Of a stretch of DNA of 64,000 nucleotides, positions 1 through 14,000 are shown in pieces. Made by a program: the position numbers and the translations under genes. The notes under the pieces were generated by a model. That model saw only the letters and a program-made list of their open reading frames with translations. It made no database searches and had not been told where the DNA came from. Numbering within the stretch: the first letter of the stretch is position 1; each line of letters starts with the position of its first letter. Source of the DNA: Yuukianura sp. NJ FZ-2021 (Eukaryota); NCBI GenBank assembly GCA_046563655.1, contig CM102289.1, forward strand, positions 8,246,001 to 8,310,000, in the 5' to 3' direction.

Positions 1-80
1 TGATCGTAAGAAAAAATAGCAACGTATTTTTGATTTTTGGTTTCATTAATAGTTTAACTAAAATGATTTGTTGTTTTTAG

Positions 81-2723
81 CTGATGTTCAACGGAATGCC
101 CTTACTGTGATTGCCAATTGTGTGTGCGGTTCGTTGACACGGGTATGCTTTACATTAATAACTTTGATTTTGTTAAGTTATTCTTCAATATTTCCTACTT
201 TTTGTCATAGACCGAAGGTGTGTTGGACAATTTTCAACAACCTGCAGCAGTTTCAAAAACTCCTATGCGGAAGTCCACTATCAAATCATCTGAAGATCTG
301 CTCAACAAGACTTGGGAATGTGTTCGTGTAAACAATGGGATTCTTATTTTAACTCGCCTCCTTCTTGTCAAAACACCAATCCGAGATGCCGATTCAATTC
401 GAGCTCTAGCTTGCTGGTGTCTAGCAGGATTAGCTCGATATCTTCCTATCCGTCAAGTACTGGAACAACTTCCTCTAATGAAAAGCGGCCTAATTCAGAT
501 GCTCATGAGAGAACCAGTGCTTCAAGAAAACCGCCAAGAACATGCGATATTTCAAAAGCATGCCCTGGAACTAATCAAGTTAGTTTACGGCAAAGTTACG
601 GGAGTGGAGTATGATTTGAATGTCGTTGCAATTCACAAGTCGGACCTCATTTCACAATCACGAATTCACTACAAGGAGAAGCAACTGCTGGAGCTCGTCA
701 AAGAACATTTACTGTCGAAAGGACTTTATGAATCAGCAGCAACATTAGCCAAAGAAGCTAAACTAGAAAGAGAAGTTCCTGTTCCCGCTCTCCCATCGAC
801 AAGCAAAGCTCAACTTGTGAATGGTTTGCCGTTGACTCCGTCGAGAAAAGGAAAAAGTTCTTACGGATTTCAAGCTGAACAGTCGATCAAGCCAAAGGAA
901 AAGCCCGTCACGCTGGATACTATTGTAACGGAGTACTTGACCAATCAACATTCTTTGTGTAAGACTCCGATGGCGATTTGTCCAACATTTGATCTGCTTG
1001 TGCCTCATAAATGTCCTACACCGAAAGCTCGACCACCATCAATCAACTTTGCTGGGAGATTTGGAATGCCTGGGTACTACGACTGGTCAACTGCTGGCAG
1101 TATCAATAGAAAGTTTGTGTATTCAAAATTCAAACCAATCAGGTAAGATTTCGAAAAAAAAAATATATATATATTTTACTTCACTTCAAAATTGCTTCAA
1201 AAATGTAAGTTTCAAGACTAATTTTTGGCGTTCTTGTTACAGGGTTCTCCGATCACCGGAAGAAGACCACTTTTCGACAGCGGCGTTTTCGTCATGCAAT
1301 CAGTGGGCAATCGTTGGAACGCACGGTGGTGAAGTGAAGCTAATCAACATTTTGTCTGGAAACGAAGATGGAACGTATTCTTGTCACGACTCGGAAATTC
1401 ACCATGTTCAACCCAATAGGAAAGGAAATCTACTGCTGACTTCCAATATCTGGAGGCGCCCGTTATCTAAGCTGTGGAGAATGGATACGCTATTCGACAG
1501 CATCATTGAATTCGACAGAGAAGAGTACGTTGAGTTTAGTAAGCTTACACAAGACAAAGTAATTGCCACAAACATGGAACATGCAAATATCTATGACATC
1601 GAAACTCAGAAGAAACTGCTTAGTCTGGAACCTCGCATGTCTAATCAGTACACAAAGAACAGGGCAACGTTTGATCCTAACGACGAGTTGATTCTTTGTG
1701 ATGGTGTACTTTGGGACTTCAAATCTGGGTAAGGAATTACAGTTTTTTACATTGTAGTTTTACCAAAATGTTAGTAAGTTTTTCAAAAATGTAGTTGTAA
1801 CAATGTTTGTGTTTTGAAATTATTCTAGAATCGAAGTACACAAATTCGATAAGCTGAACGAGTCAATTAGCGGAGTCTTTCATCCAATGGGATTAGAAAT
1901 TATTGCGAATTCGGAAGTATGGGATGTCCGAACATTCAAGTTGCTAAGGACTGTAAGAGCACTGGATCAATGCATACCGGTTTTCACGAATGATGGAGAA
2001 ATCATTTACGGAATCAAATGCGAGAAGGAAACACAAGACGGGTACAAAGTTGCTGACACGAGTTTCGTTACGCTGGACGCTACAGATTACGAAAGGATAG
2101 GCACAATTGAACTGAAGAGGTAGGTTGGATATTGTGCTTTAGTTCTTGTAAAATCTGTCATGCTTTTGTTATATTTTTTTTTCTCTTTCTGCAGGACTAT
2201 TTTCAGCTTAGCCACGTCTCCAAATGATCTGCAAATTGCTCTTGTCGAGAATTCAAGTTCGGACGACAGTGTTAGCGACTCTTGTGTGAGATTTTATGAA
2301 ATCGGAAGAAGCAGAGGAGAGGACGAACATGCAGAAGCGGAAGACGACGAAGATGAACTCCAGTCTCAAGATTCGGATGATGATGATGACGATGACGACG
2401 ACGATGAAGGGTCAGATGGAATGGGTAAGAGTGGTGGCAGTAGTTCATAATATTCCGAGCTGGCAAGTTTAAATCCAATTCAATTACTAATAGTAGCTCG
2501 TTTTGGGTTAGGACTCGACGTTGACCGAATTCTGGACGAACTGCTGCCAACTGAAGCTGAGGAGTTCGAGAATGAGGACGAGAGTCAAGAAGACACTGAC
2601 GAGGAAGATGCCAGTCAATTAGTTATGGAACTGGAATCTGACTCGGATGACGACAATGGAGATGGAAGTTCCAGCTCGGATGAAAGTTTGTCCAGGAATT
2701 CGGCCGAAGATGAAGATGACTAA
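81..2723 (+). CDS. DCAF1: DCAF1/VprBP (mahjong) CRL4 substrate receptor, 5'-partial; exons approx 81-142, 211-1142, 1243-1728, 1829-2119, 2195-2424, 2512-2723
   Basis: KTPIRDADSIRALAC armadillo-like segment; LisH motif (QLLELVKEHLLSKGLYESAATLAKEA); TLDTIVTEYLTNQHSLCKTP..CP.F.L..PHKCP; WD40 region (YTKNRATFDPNDELILCDGVLWD, HKFDKLN, GLEIIANSEVWDVRTFKLL); acidic tail ending at TAA 2721-2723. GT-AG introns keep the frame. Confidence 0.95.
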
Positions 2724-3308
2724 ACAGTGTGGGTCTCAAGTGACAAAACTGTTGTGGTGTCAAGGACAAGGACAAGTGGTTTCATCACAAACTGCGTCAC
2801 CGCAAATGATCTTGACCTCCATATGCTGAAAATAATTCACGGAATACTTTGTCTTTCCCAGTCAGACCAAGAAATAGCATATCTCTATTTTTACCAAATA
2901 CTAAAAGGCAGGTCAAGTTTCGCCTACTTCTTCAGCTAAGGTTGTGTACTTATTCTCTTGATTGTAAATTAAATGTAAACTTTACGTATTTGAATTAGAA
3001 TTTAACAGGAACTGCCCTTTGTTTTTGTGATGAAAGGCTTGCGAAGTGTCAAATGAGGTCAAATTACTCATTTGGGATTTCTTCGTTGTGGTTTTTTGTT
3101 TTTATCTTCTTGGTTGGGGTTTCTTGAAGAAGTGGCTATAAGTAAAGTATTAATGCATTCATTATCATCAGTGCAATTAGGACGCTACGACTAGGGTTAA
3201 CTTTGGTTACGAACTTTAAACTTTACTAGAACACGTTAAACTTAAGTTTCATTTTCGCTGTTCGCCAGTCAAGGTTTCATCGAATTAGCATAAATTTTCC
3301 ACGCCAAA

Positions 3309-4190
3309 ATGAGCACGAGCAGCACAAGATCCGGAAAAGTGTATCGCGTTGAGCTTCCACCGACGCCGTCCGAACCTATTGTGAGTAAAAAAATTAACTT
3401 TTTTGTTAAAATTAATCATTTGTAATTAACTTTTTTTTAATTTTAGACTACCCAGATGCTGAATAGCTATGTGTCCAAGAAGACGATTACACAGGGATTA
3501 CTGGATGTTGCATTACTCACAGCCAATGTTTCACAATTGAAGTACGTTTACTCCCTTGGTCCGGATGGGCCTACGTCTCATCCATTCTACAACTTAATGA
3601 TGGTACTCATATCACTCTCCATTATTCTTCAGGTAACTAAAAACTTTGTAAATTTTTTGACTTTTTAGTCTTCGAGAGCCTCAGCATATATAAATAACCT
3701 CAGCAAATGAAAATTTTGTTTCTTGGTATTCCTCAAGTCTGCGTGTTGTTTTCTGAGAATCTATTAACCATTACCGAAACCCGATGAATGCTTTGCGGTT
3801 TTAGTTCAATGTCGAGTTTATTTCAAACAGACGTGGTTAGATTAGTGTGACGTAACAGTAATTAAGACTTTGAAATCTAATTTTAATTGCAAATGCTTTG
3901 ATCTTTTGTTTCAGATTACAACAGGACTCTGCCTTATTCTCATAGGAAAGAGCATTGAAGGCTCGTACTTCAGAAATGCTGATGTTATCAACAACGTCGT
4001 CACCGTTCAAGTATTCTTCATCACTGTTTTGAACATACTCATCTCATCGTTTGGCATTGAAGAGTCTGTGCAGCGATCAAGAAAGATTGACGAATGGCAG
4101 GAAATGAACGCTGAATACTTCCACAATTGCAGTTGTATCGACCCAACGCGGCTGTTTTACTCTAGGGACGCAAGGTCCTCCTGTGGCTAA
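3309..4190 (+). CDS. Ninjurin family membrane protein; exons 3309-3380, 3447-3632, 3915-4190
   Basis: NSYVSKKTITQGLLDVALLTANVSQLKYV is the ninjurin amphipathic-helix signature. It is followed by two hydrophobic helices (LMMVLISLSIILQITTGLCLILIG; INNVVTVQVFFITVLNILISSFG). Confidence 0.92.
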
Positions 4191-4554
4191 GGTCAAGGTC
4201 AAAGCGATTCTGCGCTAAATGAGTTTTGAGTATTTCTTACCTGCCTGGAGTACCTTTCTGTTCTGCGATTAATATTAAGACGAATCTCTACTCAATATTG
4301 AATTACTGTTTTACTTACATTCTGATTGTACCTAGGATAGTGAGGAGGACTGTATGATCTTGTGATTATAATCTCAAATACATAAATGTTAATGGAAGAA
4401 TTGGATTTGTCATTGTCACAAGTGTTTTGTCGCAGTCGTTTCTTAAGTCCCACGCAGACTAAGCATGTCTTTAAGTTTTTGAATGTCGACGATTTCTTGA
4501 TTCCTAATCCGCAACTGGAGCTTTAGTTTTTAGCTGGCTTCGGATCCCTCGAGT

Positions 4555-4563
4555 CTATAAAAA
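4555..4563 (+). promoter_or_regulatory. Probable TATA box of the secreted low-complexity protein gene
   Basis: CTATAAAAA about 75 nt upstream of the ATG at 4634. Confidence 0.55.
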
Positions 4564-4633
4564 TGCTTAACTACTCCAGCATTTCTAGAATCTCTTCTAC
4601 TTCACTTCTATCTTCAGCAGCATCAGATTGAAG

Positions 4634-6112
4634 ATGAAGGTCATCCTAGCCCTAGTAGTGCTTGTCGTCGCTCTCAGCCATGGTAAGCTTGTGAAAAAAA
4701 TTTTTTGTGTCCAGTGCATTGGCTTCTGATTGTTTCGGATTCATTTGGACTTTCACTTTGATTTGTAGCGGCTCATGCTGATGAAGAATTGGCCAATAAG
4801 TTGAAGCCATTTGAGGCTTTTTCGCCGTACAAATGGACACAGTGGGTTGCACTTCGGCCGAGCCACAGACCAGTGGCTGCTGCTGCTGTCGCTTATGCCC
4901 CTCAGCCAGACTACTCCCAATTCCAGAATCCAAATAGCGTTGATTCCACTGAAGATGACGACGATGACGATGATGAAGACGAAGATGAGGCTGAATACGA
5001 TTCACTCAACGGAGGAGTCAGTGCTTTCGCTAACTGGTTCAAGCGAGCAATTCTTCCTCAACCACCACCAGCACCAGAGAACAAGAAGGCCACAGAGACG
5101 AAGGAGACCAAGAAGGCCAAGAAAGTGAAGGCCCCTAAGGTTCCAACCACCAAGAAGCCATCAATTGTCGAAATTCCTCCAGGATTCTGGGCGCCACCAC
5201 CAAGCGTTGCACCAAACGTCACCCTGCCACCACCTCCAGGTTACTACGCTGCCAAGAAATCCATGTAAGGCTAACCTTGAAAAGAAAAATTAACTTTAGA
5301 AAAAGTTTCCAAAAGTTATAAATTTTTAAAAACTAACCATTTTCTGCAGGTTCATCTCCAAACTCTTCGCTGCTTTGGCCAAGTCTGTCTTAAACGAAAC
5401 AGAACCAGCAACCCCAGCACCTCCAGCACCAGCAACTCCAGCTCCTGCACCAGCCACACCAGCACCAGCACCAGTTGAGGCAGTCACCACCACCAGCACC
5501 ATCTCTCCTCGTCAAGCCATCTTGGACCAAATCACAGAAGTTCTTCTCAGCGACGTCACCCGCTCGCTTCCGTCATCTTATGAGGACGTAACCCGCGAAC
5601 CAGAGGAATTCGACGACAGCGATGAAGATTCTGACGAGGAAGACAATTCTGCCGTGTCCAAAAAAGGCAAACCAACGCCACCACCTGTAAGCCTAAAATA
5701 AACATTAAAATATAAAAACAATATAATATTTAAAATTCTGTATAAAATTGTATCACTTACGCTTTCCCAGGTGAATCCATTCCTCCTCTCCCAAATTGAC
5801 TTCCTGGCTAAACTCACCGAGGCCATTGCCGCTACCCAGCAAAAACCAACTGAGGCTCCAGTCACAACTCCAAAGCCAAGGCCAACCAAGCCAACGACCA
5901 CCGCAGCACCAAAGGAAACCAAAAAGTCGGCCAAGAAGGCTTCTAAGAAATCTGCCAAGAAATTGGCAAAAACTCCAGCATACATGAAGTGGATTCCAAC
6001 CACTACCACTCCATCACCAACTCCAGCTCAACCGGAAGTCGCTGCTCCAGCAGCTGGAGAAATCGATTATGATGCATTGGCCAGAGCCCTTCTAGGAAGC
6101 AGCAAGGCCTAA
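4634..6112 (+). CDS. Secreted low-complexity Pro/Thr/Ala-rich protein with acidic and Lys-rich blocks, function unknown; exons 4634-4682, 4769-5265, 5350-5686, 5771-6112
   Basis: Signal peptide MKVILALVVLVVALSHAAHA. Four exons join in frame through canonical introns. Contains poly-D/E tracts, PAPATPAPAP repeats and KETKK(S)AKK blocks; AATAAA signals follow the stop. Confidence 0.85.
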
Positions 6113-6491
6113 ATTTAAACGTTTCATTGATAAAAAAACTAATTTTAAAGGCCATCTGAAATGAAGACAAAAGATTTACATAATCAAGGCCCAACATTTC
6201 TTAATAAATAAAATCATAAGATTAATATAAATAATAATAAGTTAATTATCTTTTATAACTTTGGATTCACGGTCATGATTAACGACCAATCATACTTAAC
6301 GTTTTAAAAAATCAAACTTTCAAAACGTTAACTACGCAGATGAGTAAAGACTAGTCAATTTTCTTAATTTTTGAAGAACACCGATCATAAGATTGATTCT
6401 TCTCAAATCTGATTAAATTCCTGTTTTAATCATAAGAAATTAAAAATAACAAAAACTCTTTTCTAACAATTTAGAAATTGTGACTTGTCTT

Positions 6492-9400
6492 TTACGGATT
6501 TAAGAGAAGAAGTTGTTTCAATTGTTCCCTTTCTTTAGCTAACATACCGGAATAGTGATGATCAACTCGAGTAACAAACAGAAGCGATAAAATTGTTGAA
6601 ATCAATGTCACCAGAAAAGAAACCGCTTCGAAAATTAGCTTCGGTGCAAAAATTTTCCATACCATAAGATGTCTTCGATGATGAGCAGCACAAATCATAC
6701 ATGCCAAGAGCTGAAATGAGAAAATTAAATCACTGCTGATCCGGATTGATGGAGTTTCAGTTGAGTGCTTAACTATTTCTCAATATAGTAAAGCTGATTA
6801 TCGTACCTTGACAGCATGTAAAATGATAAATTTTCCTGCAACGACATAAACTGTTGATCTTTCTCTTGATCCCAACAGAACGCCTGGCATAGCCGGTCCT
6901 TTCCAGTAGACTAGTAATGGGAGAGCCATGGAAAAAATGATTTGAGAGGCATGGAGGTTGCCTAATACTGACAGTCCAGGACGAATCCAGGCTATCCAGG
7001 AATTGGCTTCTGACGATCCCAGTCCATCGGATGATCCAATGAACGCAGAATCCCATGGAATTGCTGAGAATACTGGAAGATGACCTGAACTATAGAAGAA
7101 GTACTGGGAGGCCAATGTCCATAATATTGTAAGTGACCAAGAACCTGCAAGTAAAAAGGTGTTAATCGAGTTTTTTTTTAGTCAAAATCAGAACTGATGC
7201 AATTGATGTACCTTGACTAGTAGCTGCATCCACATTTAGATTCAAGATTGCGATCATGACATAAGGCATCATGACTACGGCAGGAGTGATTCCTGTGGCA
7301 GTGACTTGGACGAGTAGTAGAGTGACTAGGACGCAATTTGTGAGCAGTGAACACGTAAATAAGTCTTGGTGGCAGCCATTTGCCAAGAGATGAAACAAGC
7401 TTTCCTTCACACCGGAATTCCTAGCTTTCTTTGGTGATTTGACGTCGTTCTGTTCCGCGTTAACTCCATTCTTACTTCCAACACTTCCCCTCCTTACAAC
7501 CACAGCGTTGCTCTTCAATTTTAAATTACGGTCCGCTTTGCCAGTAGTTTTCTCAGCCTTGCCTTCGCGCGACTCGTGATGACTGTTGGAGCAACCAGAC
7601 GAACAAAGTGGCTGAATCCAAACCACTAATAGCGATAGTATCGTTGTCGTTTGGTAAACGATTGGAAAGTAGTTTAAGGCTGGCCGAATCACCACCATGT
7701 GAGGCATGGAGAACGGAAGGCCCTGGAAGATCCAGATAAAGTTTCACATTACTGATATAAAGTACTTAAGTTATTTTCATGCTAAAAGTATTGCGAAGTA
7801 TCTTACTTCCAAAGCCCAGTGGGCGCCAGTTAGCACAATAAGTATAGTAGGAATGTACTTTCCAATTAGCGCAGTACATCTTCTGCTGATACTAATGCAC
7901 TCCCTCAGAAGCATCCACTCCCGAAAACTGACCACAAAGATTGCGACTGACAGCAGTGCTACTCCAAATCTTAAGCACTTGTATGCTATCCAGTCCTCAG
8001 GAAGTGATGCCAAGTTTTTATGCAGCAAAAATTCCTAAGAATTAAAAAAAAATTTAGTCAAATTGAATCTGTCGTACGGTCTATCTTTCATAAGTGTTTT
8101 AAATTGCTTACCTCATTGCAATTTGTCTGTTCTTCACGACAGCGGAAAAAGAAGGCAGCGGCTCGCAGCATTACGGCTAAACAAAGTAGGCTGATCCAGG
8201 AAAAACGAAGTCCATTTCTCCAGATAAGAAACTTCTTGTTCAAAAGAACCCCTCGAGTCTTCTTTTTGAACGAATTGAAATGAAGATCTTTCCAATCATA
8301 TGACTGGAGCAATACATGCAAAAATGCTGCCACCATTATCACTGAACCAAGCACTGTTCCTTCGTTGATAACAAAACTGTTTGAAAATACTGCTACACAA
8401 GTAAGTCCATAAAGTAAAAGCGACGAAATATCACACTGTTTGGTAACCCATGTTGTACTGATACTGGTAACTTGTGGTGCTTTTGATTGTTCCAGTCGAA
8501 GACTTGTAGTTAAGATGAGGAACAGAACAAGGCCGACTGTAGTCAATACGAGAATTCCATTTAGGCCAAAGGACTCTGCCAGGAAGAAGTTGAGCACAAC
8601 AGAAGAGATTCCACAGGATGGGAGAAGAACCAGAATCCAATGGAATCCCTGGCCAAAACGAACTGAAATTGTGTAAGCGAATGAAGTAATTGCTAAAGCT
8701 GAAATTCCAATTCCCCAGCTGATGTAAATCATGTCGAATTGAGTCCAAGTAGACAGCGCGAGGTGCTTGACACTGGTGAGATACTGCTCAGCTTGCCACT
8801 GGAACTTAGCTTCCACTGTCCCGTTCTTGTCTGTGATGACCTCCTTGAACAATATGGTAACTTGGCGGTAAGTTTCTTCAAGATCAGCGTTTGAAATTTG
8901 TGCATACTCGGTAACGTAACGATAAACTTGAACAACATTTTGCATTAGAGCAGTTGAGTATAAAGATGGTGGGAGAAACTTTGGAAAAAGTTTGCCAATT
9001 GATGAGAATGGGATTGGTATATCCATGAGAATTGACACTGTAGGAACCAAATCAATCTGAGACACGACCGAAGGATTGTCCAGCTTCGAGTGACACTGGA
9101 AATGTGACGGTGCAGCCAAGTTTTGCTGTTTAGTGAGAAGAACTATCCCGGCCTCTACTTCATTGAACGAGTCGCCACCATGGTCACCTGATTTTGTCAT
9201 GCCATGGTCGCCAAATATGATTAGAAGTGTGTCGTTCGGCATATTGTTGTAGATGTGGCGAATAGTATTGTCGGATTCTGTAAGTTTCCTGTCCATTTCC
9301 GGATGGAGTGGACCATATCTATGACCGCAATGATCCACCCCGAGCAAATGTGCGATGAGAACATCCCAGTTTTTGGAATGTTCGGATTCGAGGAGACGGA

Positions 9401-10153
9401 TAAGTGATGCGTTAACTGCTCTGTCGACGGTATCCAAATCCCATGCATCGAATGATGGATGAGCTTCAACGTAGGGAGAACTGAATAACGTTTTTGGGAA
9501 AAGACTGAGCCAAGTATCGTCACCAAGAAAGGCAATTCGCTTCCCAGCAGCGTGAAGTTGGTAGATCAAATTGTCTTCCTCGACTTCGTAGCTGAAATAA
9601 GTTTAAAAATTTAACGTTCAAATAGCAACAAGGCATGGGACACCGATAAGGACGGAAGTGAATGTTATGTTTACCTATTGAAATTGGCACTGGCATCAAT
9701 AAACGTAGGCATAGTTCCGGACATTAAGGCTTTCAGTCTCTGCATTGTCGTCGTTGGTGGATCAGCAATGAATTTGAAAATACAAGATCGTAGACCAGCA
9801 GCATCTAGTCTATTTCGATTTCGAGTGTTTGATTGTTCGAAGTTTATCTCCCCTTGTTCAACAATTTCGGAGAGAAAGGACATCCTATGAATAAAGTCAA
9901 ACCGGAACGCATCCAGGAGTACGAAAATGGCCTTGGAGAATCTTGGCCTGGAATCTGTATTGGATAAGCATAGTAAAGACGTCCCTTCATCTTCAACCGT
10001 AGTTCCCTTGGTCTGGTTGCTGCACTGACTTGACTTCTCGGTGAAAACATGGCGGTTCAGCAGAAATCCTCGACAAAATACGAAGCAGCCGATGACTATC
10101 GCGAACGATGCAACACATACAATCGTGAACTCTTTGACTTTGATCCTCGACAT
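6492..10153 (-). CDS. PIGO: GPI ethanolamine phosphate transferase 3 (PIG-O/Gpi13), multi-exon
   Basis: FCRGFLL.R; LLDAFRFDF; FIADPPTTTMQRLKALMSGTMPTFIDASANF; FLGDDTW; AHLLGVDHCGHRYGPLHPEM; GDHGMTKSGDHGGDS; FFRCREEQ; YFFYSSGHLPVFSAIPWDSAFIG; HRRHLMVWKIFAPKLIFE. Confidence 0.96.
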
Positions 10154-11022
10154 TACCGGCGCTTATTCAATATAGGCATTTCGCTCAACTACGGCACGAC
10201 GATAACGGGCAATCAATCCTATAGAAAAAAAACACAAGTGGGTGAATCTCACTTCTCACATAAATTGCTAATTACTAAGTAAGGACAACGTAATGAAATG
10301 AATCATATTTACATTCTCCGTCTCAGATGAACAGGAATACTGATGATTGATGACACATTCGTGGTGACTGGCTGATGGGTAACCGGTGAGCGTACTGTCT
10401 ACATTAGATAGAAAACAAGTTAGCCATAAAATCGTTAACCCAGCTTTAATGATGAGAACTTACGTGTTACTTATATTGCTAACGTCTGCCCGAAATTGAA
10501 AATGATCGATTGAAATTTTCCGTTCGGTAGAATGAATAATCAATGAAAAATGATAGATAACCACTGCCAACCAATGAACCAATTGATTGATTGAACAAGA
10601 CAGGCGAAAAAAAAATAGGAAAATGAAATGCCAATGCAGCGAAGATTTTAGATTTTGTCGAGAAACCCGGTTCCGAGGATTAGTCAGTCCCAATGACAAC
10701 AACGTCGTACGCATGTCTCTGAAACACTTTTGGCGCCGGTTGCTTACACGCACAGTAGGAAGGAACTGTTGACTGTTGTTTTGTTCTTGGGATTTGTTTT
10801 TGTTCTGGGATTGTCAATCCAATTTTCCAACCCGTGGTGTCACTGTCATTCCGACCGTCACCGTCCCACCTGGACACTCAATTCTGAGGTAAGGTAAGGC
10901 TATCACAGATCTAAGTAATTAACAACGAAATCATCCATTGTTAATACGTTGAATACGAATAGAGTCAAAAACACCTACTACGCAACCTCTCACGAGGAGG
11001 AACAACGCGAGTCACTGCCACT

Positions 11023-14000
11023 ATGGACCGTAAACCACCCAACAATCACGTCACTGTGAACTTGGCAATGCCACCTCCGCTGCCACCGGTAATTGACGAT
11101 ACATTTAACTCAACTGTTTGTTATTGCAATTGCTAATGAATCTATCGTGTTTCATTTACAGAAGAATCGTCGGAGCTCAATTACGGCAATGATAACGGAA
11201 CAAATCCCGTCGTTCAACCCACTGGGACGGAGATCTTTAGACGTCGTTGCACCGGCAAGTGCTACGAGGCACATTTTTCCAAGGGATAAGCGTTCGCTGG
11301 ACAATATGCTCACACCGGCCGCCGGCTCTTCAACCACGTTCAATGCTACCGCCACCTCGACACTCCGGGCAGACGCGAAGAGTACAACCAATTCCAAAGC
11401 TAGAACTGGACGATCACAGATTCCTACTCCAATATCAACCCGACCCAAGGTACGGTCATCATCGGCCGTTCGTGAATTGCCAGTAGAGAAGCCTAGCGGT
11501 CAATCTGGCCAAAGGAAACCCGCTCCGACAACATCAGCCGCAGTTGATAACCGCAGGGGGATTTTAAAAACTGCTACATCAGTGATGAACAAAGCGACAC
11601 TACCAACGAAGCGGTAAAATTCAACTTATTGAAAACACGATCCAAACTCCAAAGTACTTTATCATTTGAGTAATTATAATTTAAACTAATGTCGCAATGT
11701 CAGAAGCACAAGTAATCTTGCCACGGCTGGACGTACTACAACGATGACCACTGGGAGGAGAGGGAAGACGTTGACACGAGCCACCTCAATGGAGTCGTTC
11801 GGATGGTTCAACAGTACTACTTGTGGAACACCAGGAAATACTCGCAGGTAAAGTTTTCTAAAAACTTGGACAACATAACACATTAGCTTGAATCAAGTTG
11901 AACTATTTCCTTTCATTTTCAGGCTCTTGACCTTGAACTTATCAACTACAAAGAAGCCCGCATTCCGAGCGGTGTCGGATAACGGATCTTCAGGAGATAG
12001 GGAAGAAAATATTCAAAAAGTGCTCAAAATCCCTCCGCCTACAGAGAGAAAGCAGCTCAATCGAATCGTTTTCGCCATTTTGGACTTACTAGGCGACTTT
12101 GAATACCCGAATCGAATGTCAGTCTCCGAATTTAATGCAATCTCGGGCGCAACATATTTTAGCATTTGCGAGGTAATACCTTAAAATGCGGTTTTCTGGG
12201 AAAAGAAAAGCCAACTGTGTGTTTGAGTCGAATTATTGATATATTTTCTTTTGACATTGCAGTTCGTTTTGCAGCCAATCAAATATGAGAAATTCCGTGG
12301 AACGAAGGTAGAGGAGTTGGTACCACAATTATTTGAAGTTGCTGATCTAATGCAATTCCCTGGGACTCTCAATAAGTATTCTTTCAAATCAAGTAATGAA
12401 CGATTGCGGCCAAAGACTCTTAAATTTATGGAAGTCCAAGAATGTACTCACTGTGTTATTGTTTTTGTTTTTACGTAAAGTCAATCTTCCACAAGGCCGA
12501 CCTGCAGCTATCACACTTCTTTTCTGGCTTGCATGTCGTGTTGCTGCAATTTGCACCCCACGATCATTTGGTTCCAAAACGCATAGCGTTGGTAATCTGA
12601 GGGCGGACACCGAATTGGTAAGACTTAAGTTTTATTTAGGTTTACTTTTTACTTTAGCTCACACCCGACCTGTTGCTGAAACGACTATCTTGTGATTGTA
12701 ATTCTTTTTAGAACTTTACTGGATTGATGCTGGACTCGTATAAGCGAATGTTCCTTCGATATGACAAAAAACTGGACGTTGAGTTGGAAATTGAACAGCA
12801 AGCCTATCGGACTACCATCAGTAAGAAATTAATCACCGAAATGTGCCCATTTAAGTAATTACTTACGTTATTTTAGTTAATTATGAACTAAAAGTAAGTC
12901 ATATTTTTATATAGTGGACATCTACATGTTCGGCCAAAACGAAACACTTGACTCACTGAAAGAAGCCTTGAAGAAACTAGAGGAAGAGCTGGCCATTGCA
13001 GAAAATATCGAAGATCCAGATCGGGTTAGGCTCAGATACTGGAGCTAACTTTTCAATTGTCTATGCATTGGAGATAACTGGATGCTTGAACTTAACTAAA
13101 ATTTTAAAGCTATTTGCATATTCTATTTCCATTTCATCCATACTTTGTGTTTCATAGGAAGTTGTTGCTGACATTGAAAAATGCGATGCCAAGAAAACGG
13201 AAGTGACTGCAAAACAGGCAGAAGTTCGGGCTCTTATTCAAAAGTACAAAAACATTGAACAGTTTACTTCACAGAAGGAAATGCTGGGCAAGTTTTAGCT
13301 CTATTGCCTATTTAGAAACATGAAAATTTTGTTCAGTGCTTAATTGCACTGAATATTTTTATTTTATATATAATATAATATTATATTTCTATCAGCCAAG
13401 AGGATTCAGCACGAGGAAGAGTTTTGTGCTGAACTTGCGAATCGAGTAGCTCAGCAACCTGTGAGTGTACAAGGATTGGAAGCCATTTCGCGTGAAATCG
13501 AAACCATGAAAAAGCAGAAAGTCGCACTGGTTCAAGTCATCACTGGAATGAAGCAGAAACTGGCTATTAGAAACCAAACTTCGAATAACGCTGGAGGAGT
13601 CGTAAGTTTTAACAGCGTTCGTTAACTTTACTCCGAAAATTGGATTTTTTAAACAGGTGAAGTTATTTTTCACTCAATTTTGTTTTAGTTTTACAAACTG
13701 TGCGAAAAGTTTCGCATTATTGATGACTTCAACGACCAGTTATCTGCCTTTGAAAATCTTGGAGTTGTTGGTAACATGGAAAAGGCAAAACGAAATCCTT
13801 TTAATCACATCGAGTTTGATTCCTGGCTCAAAGTAAGTTTCAAGGATAAACAAACAGCATCACATAACATAACCTCTGTTTTTTTTTAACTTATGATAGG
13901 ATTTACGCCGAGTAGTGAGACATGCTGACCGCATTATGTCCGAACTGAAGCTCAATATTGAGCACAACTGGAAGTACGATGCTAGCAAGAAGAAACTGGG

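Noticed and set aside
12877..12893. Possible 17-nt microexon in the Ndc80-like gene (AG...GTAAGT)
   Set aside because: It would leave a ~21-nt intron and shift the next exon out of frame; skipping it keeps the frame.
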